A DNA stretch of 64,000 nt from Eledone cirrhosa (lineage: Eukaryota), in assembly GCA_964016885.1 (NCBI GenBank), contig OZ024749.1:21886001-21950000 (forward strand), given 5' to 3'. Of this stretch, positions 53,542 to 64,000 are shown piece by piece; position 1 is the first letter of the stretch, and each line of letters begins with the position of its first letter. The position numbers and the translations under genes were made by a program. Under the pieces are notes generated by a model. That model did no database searches. It saw only the letters and a list, made by a program, of their open reading frames with translations, and was not told the origin of the DNA.

Positions 53542-53736
53542 ACACATACATATATATACACACACATATATATTTATATACACACACACTTATATTTATA
53601 TATATATATACATATATACATGAATATACATGTGTGCGTTTGCGTGTATATGTGTGTATAACTGTGTGTGGGTATATGTATGCATGTATGCATGTATGTA
53701 TGTATGTATGTATGTATGTATGTATGTATGTATGTA

Positions 53737-53792
<56 letters not shown>

Positions 53793-54087
53793 TGTGGGTG
53801 TGTGTATCAAGCAGTTTTCCGTCTCAGATAGGTTTTCTTCAGGGATGGCAATGATGGCGGCGATGACGTTGGTAATTTACTTATATAGTTCCCATTCACT
53901 TCTGTGGCAGCTATTGGCGGGTTTCTGCTGTTTTCTTGAAATGGAACTGTATTGGCATTTCAGCTGTTGAAATAATACTTGCTACCAAAGACAACCAATA
54001 TTCTGGGCAACGAAAGATACTTGAAGTTAAAGCGGCTTAATTACTGAAGAGGTTTCAAGGTTTTGTGTATTTCGTGTCAATAATTCT

Positions 54088-54635
54088 TTTCTTCATGCAG
54101 GAGTTGTGACTGACAGATATGGAAACAATGGAAAGACCAAGGAAACATTGTTTCCTTGGTCTGATCTGATAATCAGCTCCTTTCTCCAACCAGGAGTTCT
54201 GACTGACAGATAGTACCAACAATGGAAAGACCAATGGAAACATTGTTTCCTTGGTCCGATCTGATAATCAGCTCCTTTCTTCAATCAGGAATTGTGACTG
54301 ACAGATAGTATCAACAGTGGAAAGACCAAGGAAACATTGTTTCCTTGGTCAAATCTGTTGATCAGCTCCTTTCTTCAACCAGGAGTTCTGACTGACAGAT
54401 AGTACCAACAATGGTAAGACCAGTGGAAACATTGCTTCCTTGGTCCGATCTGATAATCAGCTCCTTTCTTCAATCAGGAATTGTGACTGACAGATAGTAC
54501 CAACAATGGAAAAACCAATGGAAACATTGTTTCCTTGGTCCGATCTGATAATCAGCTCCTTTCTTCATCCAGTAGTTGTGATAGTACCAACAATGGAAAA
54601 ACCAATGGAATCATTGTTTTCTTGGCTCGATATGA
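54088..54635. repeat. Minisatellite, 93-95 bp x ~6, with an internal hairpin
   Basis: Unit contains GACCAAGGAAACA-T-TGTTTCCTTGGTC. Confidence 0.93.
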
Positions 54636-54976
54636 CGATTTCCATTACACTGGGTACGCAAATAAGGTTTGGTATCATGTGTATTGATTCGATGGTTCAA
54701 ATTCTTTAAATAACTGGTACAAGAATTATTATAGGTTTTCTGATAGCACGGAAATAATTCTTCATTTTACACTTTCGAAACGTTAAAACCGTTTTCGATT
54801 CTACGATAGAAAACTAATTCTTTTAAGTTCTTTTTATTATATCTATAACCATTCCATCATAATTTGTTAGGTTATGCTTCCAAAACCCAGCTACAGAAAA
54901 TTTTAATTACATTAATAAAGCCCTGAAATTCGTTATTATTTTCAAAATTATTAAAAGCAAAAACAATAGACATTGG

Positions 54977-55919
<943 letters not shown>

Positions 55920-56003
55920 AATAGACATTGGTTTTCATTACAAATATGGATAGTTGGTTGTATTATTTTATATGAGACATTATTAATTAAATATCTCTTT
56001 CCT

Positions 56004-56127
56004 TCCAGACGGCCGTTTCGTTATAAGATTTCTACAATTTGGGATAAAAAGTTTCCAGGTTATGTAGAAACTTGTATATAATCCATAGTTTTATACACAA
56101 GCGGGCCCTTATAAACTCATCAGTGGA
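56004..56127 (-). ncRNA. Type I hammerhead ribozyme with a 97-nt branched stem II
   Basis: TCCA CTGATGA GTTTATAAG [two hairpins] CTTATAAC GAAA CGGCCG TC | TGGA. Confidence 0.85.
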
Positions 56128-56767
56128 TGCCCAAATTAATATCGATATAAAAATTATATCGACATTAATAGAATGGGGATGGTCTCACTCAGCGCTAAGA
56201 AGAGACTGGTAGATTAGAATCCAGCAGTCCTCTCAAAGAAAAACTACACGCTGTCCTCAAAAGAGTAACGGGAGGTCATCTTAAAATAAAACAATATACA
56301 CGCTGGTCAATTAAACCTGTTAGGTATTAACCACGTGTATAAGAACTCAATTGGAAATTTAAAAGAATAATCATATGTATATATAACCAATGCACACACA
56401 GAGATATTAAAACTCAATAAATACATGTATCGATCACCAATATACACACATAGTTATTCTCTAAGGCTAAATCAGACATGGGATACAAGGAAGATCAATC
56501 AGTATTTCAGATAAAAAATAATAATAATAAAGAGAGTCATACCTTTATATCTGGAATACATATCATGCTCCCAAGAGTATATATTCAATACATAAACGGA
56601 GAAAGCCTTAAGCGATACTCCGACAAATTCCATCTCACTCAACAAACATTAGGATATACTTAAGTATTATCCCAATTTAGTGTTTCGGGTGCTAACTAAT
56701 CAGTATTTCGTGGATAGTTGGTTGTATTATTTTATATGAGACATTATTAATTAAATATCTCTTTCCT

Positions 56768-56891
56768 TCCAGACGGCCGTTTCGTTATAAGATTTCTACA
56801 ATTTGGGATAATTAATTTCCAGGTTATGTAGAAACTTGTATATAATCCGTAGTTTTATACACTAGCGGGCTCTTATAAACTCATCAGTGGA
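56768..56891 (-). ncRNA. Type I hammerhead ribozyme with branched stem II, second copy
   Basis: Same core 764 bp away. Confidence 0.85.
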
Positions 56892-57019
56892 TGCCCAAAT
56901 TAATATCGATATAAAAATTATATCGACATTAATAGAATGGTGATGGTCTCCCTCAGCGCTAAGAAGAGACTGGTAGATTAGAATGCAGCAGTCCTATATA
57001 TATATATATATATATATAT

Positions 57020-57240
57020 GTAGGAAGACGATCGACTTTCGTCAAATCGGACCGAGGGAACAATGTTTCCGTTGGTCTTTCCAATTGCTAATACTATCTA
57101 TCGGTCGCAACTCCAGGTAGAAGGAGCAACGTGAAATAAAGTGTCTTGCTCAAGGACATAACGCATCGCCTGGTCCAGGAATCGAACTCACAACCTTACG
57201 ATTGCGAATCCAATTCTCTAACCACTCAGCCACACGCCTT
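57020..57240 (-). mobile_element. tRNA-derived SINE, family 2
   Basis: A box TGGCTGAGTGG, B box GAGTTCGATTCC, then TGTCCTTGAGCAAGACACTTTA core. Confidence 0.85.
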
Positions 57241-57301
57241 CATATATATATATATATATATATATACGTATGTATGCATATATATATATACGTATGTATG
57301 C

Positions 57302-57338
<37 letters not shown>

Positions 57339-57354
57339 CGTATGTATGCATATA

Positions 57355-57432
<78 letters not shown>

Positions 57433-57462
57433 TACGTATGTATGCATATATATATACGTATG

Positions 57463-57503
<41 letters not shown>

Positions 57504-57574
57504 GCATGTATGCATATATATATATATATATACGTATGTATGTATATATATATATACATATATATACGTATGTT

Positions 57575-57614
<40 letters not shown>

Positions 57615-57680
57615 TTTTATTATGCGCATTTCAAAAACAGATATCATCATGAGATGATATCTGCGTTTCATCAAATAAAA
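57615..57680 (-). ncRNA. Hammerhead, TGCGCA family, C3U variant
   Basis: TTTTAT TTGATGA [CAGATATCATC/GATGATATCTG] GAAA TGCGCA TA | ATAAAA; flank 57610-57826 is homologous to 38586-38762. Confidence 0.72.
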
Positions 57681-57862
57681 TAGGGATAACATGATATGAA
57701 AGTTAAAAAAAAACTTGTGAATAGTGAAGTTTTAAATCAACATACTCCATTCCTACAAACTGTAGAGTCCTACTTATCCGATATTTGCATTGCTTTATTG
57801 TGCTACAATAAAACTCACCTCCTACATATATATACATATATATATATATGTATACGTATGTT

Positions 57863-57947
<85 letters not shown>

Positions 57948-57950
<3 letters not shown>

Positions 57951-58680
57951 GAAAAAGTTTGTCCTCATCAGTGGCCTTCCAACCGTCGTAGGCATTTCGT
58001 CGCTTTAAAGGCCATATACCTCAGGTTGGTTCGAGCAACGGCTAAAAAAAAGTCGTTGGGACACGTAAATAAGGGGGACGCTAGGGTAAACAAACAAAAT
58101 GGTTTAAGCAACAGAAAGAGAGGAAGAAGAAACAAGTCCCAGATTTCTATGAATATAAATTCGGTGGAATCGTGAACGAGAGAATAAAGACCATCAAACC
58201 TGGTTGAAATGTGAGCAAGGAAGGAATTTCGCACGGGTTCAACGGGAGGAAGAAAGGGTCTGGTCTGCGAATTCGGTAAACATAAGTTCTGTGAAGTCGC
58301 AGACGAGAGAGAAAAAGAATTCCTACCGGCTTGGCCAAGTGCCCGCGAGAAAAGGATTACGGACAGGTCAAACGGGAAGAAAGGGGAGGAGGAGAGGTAG
58401 TGACAGAGAGTGAGTGAGTGAAAGGTGAGGAAGAGGCTAACAGAAAGAGAGAGACTGCTAGAAAGGGTAAAGACACAAAGAACGAAACAGACTGGTGGCA
58501 GCGGAGGAAAACATATATGTGTAAATATGATAATAATGGAGCTGCGGCGCTGCAAATGGGTTACATATGAAAAAGTTTGTCCTCATCAGTTCTGTGAAGT
58601 CGACTTCACAGAACTTATGTTTACCGAATTCGCAGACCAGACCCTTTCTTCCTCCCGTTAGACCTGTGCGAAATTGCTTG
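57948..58680. repeat. ~618-bp terminally redundant element plus an inverted segment (58590-58676)
   Basis: ATATGAAAAAGTTTGTCCTCATCAGT at both ends; homologous to 31320-31966. Confidence 0.75.
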
Positions 58681-59985
58681 GGACCTCTTCTATCCTACTT
58701 AAAATATCCTCAAATTTACCCTCATGACTGGGGGCATCGGGCGGCCGATATGTGACACATATTACTGTCTGTAGTTGCTTCATATGTATTATCAGTGTGT
58801 CACAGACTGAGTTTGAATGTGTCAACAGTACAATTGGTGTGACATCTTCACGGATATACAGAGCAACCCCACCATGAGTTCTCTCCTTCTTGTCCGAACG
58901 AAATACAGTATATTTCGGTATATGTATTTCTGCATCTGCTATACTGCTTGTCAGATGCGTTTCGGTTAGTGCCATCTATAGTGCTTGATTGCTTATGGCT
59001 ATCTCTCCCAGTTAGGAAATTTTACTCATGTTACTGTGGTTCTGACATTCAGCAGCAGCACTGGTGTGACTTTTGGGGTGCCAGTTATGGCTGTCGGTAT
59101 GACACTTGGTCTGGTGTCAGCGGCGGCCACTCTGGGTCCCTTAACTGTGGTGGTCTCGAGTGCTGGTGTGGATGACCCTGGCTCTGGAGACGATGCAGCC
59201 AGGTCAGCTGTCCCACAATCTTCTCTGCCATCACTGAAAAAAATTTCTGCTCTGCTGCTGCCATCTGTATCTCGTCGGCATGTGCGTGCCTTCTCCTTGT
59301 TGGTGCGGCACGCGCGACATCAGCATACTTCTGGAGCGGCTTATTTCGGCTTTGGCTGGGGCATGTTGCGCGAGTAGGATGGGCATAGTTCGTTTGAGAC
59401 CTAGGATGGGCGAAGCTGCATCCCATCCCTGTCTCTCCATGCCAGCATGTCCCGTTCTAGAAAAACTTACACATTACTTGTGTTTCTTTGCTCCCAGTGT
59501 CTCGGTGCTTTCTGTTCTTTCTTTCAACAGTTGTCCACTGGTCCCTCTGCGCTTGGTTCTCCTTCGGAAGGTGATTTCGCTTTTCACCTTTGCCCTTTGC
59601 TTGTTGGTTGCCCGGCCTGCCCTCCCTGCCTGTGGCGGAGGGTATATCATTTTCTTTCAGGTCCGTGCTTGTGCTCTCCTCCTTTTCTTTTTCCTTTTCC
59701 TTTTCTTTTTCCTTCTCTCTCTCCTCATCCCTCTCTTCGGTTTTCTCCTCCCTGAGGACACGGCTTAGCATCGCCATATGTGGCGCTATGAGGACATACG
59801 CCTTTTCAATTTCTTTTCTTTTTCTCTCTATCTGTGCCAGGGTCCTCAGAAACCCATGGCTCTTCAGGTTCTCCGCCATCTTTTTTCTTGGTGGAGACCC
59901 ATCAGCCATGGTCCACGCCTTGATCAAAACCGCTAGTTCCATCTTTGACCAATTTCGTTGACTCCTAATTTCACCTTTTTCCTGT
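58680..59985 (-). mobile_element. 5' part of a decayed CR1-group LINE: ORF1 with CCCH finger and start of the APE endonuclease
   Basis: CKFF*NGTCWHGETGMGCSFAHP; ALTETHL..FRSD..HGGVALYIR..TYRPP. Confidence 0.78.
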
Positions 59986-59989
59986 ATGC

Positions 59990-60040
<51 letters not shown>

Positions 60041-60053
60041 TGTATATATATAC

Positions 60054-60104
<51 letters not shown>

Positions 60105-60315
60105 CATATATATATGTATATATATATATATATGTATATATATACATATATATATATGTATATATATATACATATATGTATATATATATGTATATATATA
60201 TATATATGTATATATATATACATATATATATATGTATATATATATATATGTATATATATACATATTTATATATATGTATATATATATGTATATATATACA
60301 TATCTATCTATCAAT

Positions 60316-60558
60316 CTAAGGCGGGTAAAATTCCCGAGATCCATGGACGAGTTCTCTCCAGCGGTCTCTGTCCCTCATTATCGCTGCCATGTCCTGCATC
60401 TCCAACAGACCAGTGTCTGTCCTTAGGGCATCAACATACGTTAACCTTGGTCTTCCTCTTCTAGTGTGTCCATGTAGGGGATCCCAAAGGAGTACTGAGT
60501 GCAATGTCAACTCTGGACGTCGGTGAGCATGTCAAGCCAACCTCAGTCTCCTCTGTGT
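60316..60558 (-). mobile_element. RTE-like LINE 3' end
   Basis: [37 protein letters not shown]; (AGAT)n tail. Confidence 0.8.
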
Positions 60559-60636
60559 CACATATACATATATATATATATATGTATATATATATATGTA
60601 TATATAAACATATATATATATATATATATATACATA

Positions 60637-60674
<38 letters not shown>

Positions 60675-60794
60675 TGTATATATATATATATGTATATATA
60701 TATGCATATATATATATATACATATATGTATATATATATGTATATTTATATGCAAATATATATATACATATATGTATATATATATGTAATAATA

Positions 60795-60830
<36 letters not shown>

Positions 60831-60878
60831 TAGATAGATATGTGTATATATATATATATATATATTCATATATGTATA

Positions 60879-60909
<31 letters not shown>

Positions 60910-60930
60910 TCATATATGTATATATATATG

Positions 60931-60962
<32 letters not shown>

Positions 60963-60985
60963 TATATGTATATATATATGTATAG

Positions 60986-61069
<84 letters not shown>

Positions 61070-62325
61070 GTGACATATGTGACAGCTCAGGTAACTGACC
61101 TTGTGGGCTTATTTTTAATCAATTCGCTACATAGGAAAATACCTGGTACTACCGGAGGTTTATATAGGGATGACATGCTTTTACTTATTAATAATAATAA
61201 CCCTGAACTAAATAGAAAATGTAAACAAATTACAACATTTTTTAATTACTTTAACCTTAAAATAGAAATTGAGAACAACCATAGAATAGTCAATTTCCTA
61301 GATATAACATTAAATCTCAACACATGTCTCCACTATCCTTTTCACAAGTTGAATGAAAACTTAAACTATGTCAACTTTAACTCTAACCACCCCAGATCTG
61401 TCAAAAACACTATAGTAAACTCAGTTCAAAAACGTATCTCTAGGATCTCGTCGAATAGATTGATTTTCGACGAAAAGGCCCAATACTATAATGAAGCACT
61501 AGCTAGGGCAGGATATGCTGATAAGATTGTGTACATAGATAATGATAGACAAACTAAACAAAGTAACAACTTTTTTAATTACGGCAACAACATTAACAAC
61601 TATAATAGAAAGCATTACAATAATTCCAAAGGACAAAAAAGAAATAGAACTAGGAACATAATTTGGTTTGCCCCCCCCCTTTCTCACTAAACATTAAAAC
61701 CCACATCGCTAAATTATTTTTCAAAGCTCTTGATAATCGCTTCCCTAGAACACATAGGTATCACTCAATTTTCAATAGGCATACTATTAAATTAACCTAC
61801 TCATCCACTAAAAATTTAGCACAAAATATTAATAGAATAAATAATAGGAACTTAAAACCTACTGATAATAGCATAAATAATATACAAGTTAACAAATGTA
61901 ACTGTAGAGATAGATCTAAATGTCCGTTAAATAACAACTGCTTAGTTAAAAATATAGTATACAATTGTAATGTTAATACTGACTCTAATTCTTTTAACTA
62001 CGTCGGTTCCACATCGACGGAATTTAAACTTCGCTATAATAACCACAAGAATTCTTTCACAGATCCAAATAAAAAATCTTCAACGGCACTATCAGGCGTA
62101 CTCTGGCAACTTAAGCTAGATAACGTTAGATATTCGACGGCTTGGAATATAGTCTCAAGAGGGATTCCTTTTAATTCATCCTCTGAGACATGTGACCTCT
62201 GCGCAGAGGAGATATTCTTTATACTAAAATCTAAAAATTCCCTTAACCTACGGACAAATTTATTCAGTTGTTGCAAACATAGATTAAACTCAACGTTTAA
62301 ATATAAATTTAAATTTAAAATGTAG
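61070..62325 (+). pseudogene. 5'-truncated Penelope-like (Naiad-type) RT plus GIY-YIG endonuclease, one frameshift
   Basis: GLYRDD, NFLDITL, SNHP, IIWFAPPFS (frameshift in the C-run at 61671-61679), CNCRDRSKCPLNNNC, IVY..YVGST, FKLRYNNH, CDLCAEE, CKH. Confidence 0.88.
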
Positions 62326-62685
62326 TATATTTAGTTTGATTTATATTTATATGGGAAACTAGCCGATAAATTTTTGATTCCTAAATCTTTGATTCCTTCT
62401 TTTTACTCTCTTTTTATTGTTTATTTTTATTTTATTTTTATCTAAACATTCCTCATGAAAAATTAAGCTACCCTAAAAGCTGATGTTCCAAATTTTTGAA
62501 TAAACCTTACACTAGATAAACTTCTATATTAAATATAAGAACATATATAGACCTAATTGGACATCATAATCTTTTTGAAATGATCTTTGCTAGATGTGAT
62601 TTGATGGATAATTTTTGGCTTTGTCTTGTAAAGAACTTGGCAATATATTGTCAATTAACTTTGAAGGGTTGATCTTTGTGGTGTA

Positions 62686-62812
62686 TTTTTATTTTTATTT
62701 TTATTTTTATTTTTATTTTTATTTTTATTTTTATTTTTATTTTTATTTTTATTTTTATTTTTATTTTTATTTTTATTTTTATTTTTATTTTTATTTTTAT
62801 TTTTATTTTTAT
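62686..62812. repeat. (TTTTTA)n array in the presumed Penelope 3' region
   Basis: Directly visible. Confidence 0.95.
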
Positions 62813-63916
62813 TATTGTAGTATTCTATAATATTTTCTATAATATTTTTTATTTTTTACTTTTATTGTATTTTTAATATCTTTAATATGTTAAATTTTTA
62901 ATACGTAATATTTTTTAATACGTAGTATGCTTAATATATAATATTTTTAATATATAATATTTTTATTATGTAATATTCTTTCGTAATATTTTTATTTTTT
63001 AATTTTTTTAGTGTTCTATTCTATATTTTTACTTATTATTATTATTGTTATCTTTTTATTTTTAGTTTTGTTTATGATATATATTTTTATTAGTATATTG
63101 AAATCTGCTCTCTACTTCTGCTTGATAGATAATCTGGTAGAGTAATGACATGAATAATAATACACATATTTGTATGCTCAAATTTTTATACCACATTGAG
63201 AACGTTTTCCGTGAACTTAGAGTTTTGCAGAGTGAATCAGTTAGATTCGCATGGATGTTTGTAGCTGTCACATAAACATATGAATTTTTTTTTTTTAAAC
63301 TAAACATAAGATAATTAATTTTCACACATTATAGATACTTGTCTCATTCAGGAATACTGATATTTACAATATAGTGTAAGTTTTATAAATATTAATACAT
63401 TAAAACATAGGGTTTTTACGCCTCGAATATATCTGGCTATTTTTAAATTTTTTCTCTCGCTATTTTTTTCCTCTCTCTATTGTTTTCCTCTCCTCTCTCT
63501 ATATTTTTTCTCTCTATATATATCTCCCTTACATTAATACTTGAGCTAAATAAATAAATAAATAAATAAATAAACGTATCATTGATACATTTACTCAAAA
63601 TGACCTCCCACTACCTAATTTTCTATATATATATATGTATCTATCTCTATTTCCTCTCTCTCTATATATATATATATATCTTTCTGTTTCTTTACATGAA
63701 GTTCTTCGCTTTATCTATCTTTCCATCTCTCTATTTTGTTCCATGCATTTCCTCTTTCTCTTCTTTTTCTTCCTTTTCTTCGTTTTCTGTCTTTCTTTCT
63801 GTTTTCTCTCTTTTTCTTTCTCTCTGTGTAAAATTTTTTCACAGCCAGAGTAAACCTCTTCAAATGAAGTCGGTGTTATAACGGTATGTCGAACCTATTT
63901 GTCTATAAAACTGTTT

Positions 63917-63993
63917 ATATTGTATTTTGTCTGATGAAGGCATAGCATATTGTTAATATGATATCCCCGAAATATATATAATGAAATAAATAT
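63917..63993 (+). ncRNA. Type I hammerhead ribozyme, probably in the Penelope pLTR
   Basis: ATATT-G-TATTTTGT CTGATGA [CATATT-GTT-AATATG hairpin, mismatched base] GAAA TATATA TA | ATGAAATA-AATAT. Confidence 0.75.
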
Positions 63994-64000
63994 GGTTTTA

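Larger units (their letters stand above)
55947..56995 (-). mobile_element. Retrozyme-like element: 285-bp direct repeats, 764-bp period
   Basis: Repeats 55947-56231 and 56711-56995, each with a hammerhead; no credible ORF. Confidence 0.82.

Noticed and set aside
57165-57240. tRNA gene (also the family-1 SINE heads)
   Set aside because: No proper acceptor stem; continues into SINE body sequence.
61663-62500. Selenocysteine recoding, as reported for some Naiad elements
   Set aside because: All conserved Cys codons are TGT/TGC, there is no in-frame TGA and no convincing SECIS.

Overview
Repeat-saturated, AT-rich animal genomic DNA. The SINE sequences and microsatellite load suggest an octopod cephalopod, but this is inferred and not database-checked. 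I see no convincing host protein-coding gene; most short ORFs are translations of (TA)n, (CA)n, (CCA)n and similar microsatellites. Real coding sequence belongs to retroelements: a decayed RTE LINE with C-terminal C2H2 fingers (1-2146), a near-complete R4/Dong RLE LINE (minus, 2303-5620), an intact two-ORF Tx1/L1-clade LINE (5683-11715) sharing one (TTA)n tract with Dong, RTE and CR1-group fragments, and a Naiad-like Penelope element (61070-end). There are also tRNA-derived SINEs, non-autonomous Helitrons, RTE-derived bipartite elements and minisatellites. The main unannotated signal is a dense, diverse set of type I hammerhead ribozyme motifs (HHRs), about 10 well formed plus several decayed, all folded by eye. 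They sit in non-coding, (TA)n-flanked units of about 0.5-2.2 kb that are partial tandems or carry inverted 5' ends. These look like Penelope-mobilised, retrozyme-like elements. Several have unusually long or branched stem II (up to 97 nt) and a family-specific palindrome in stem III.
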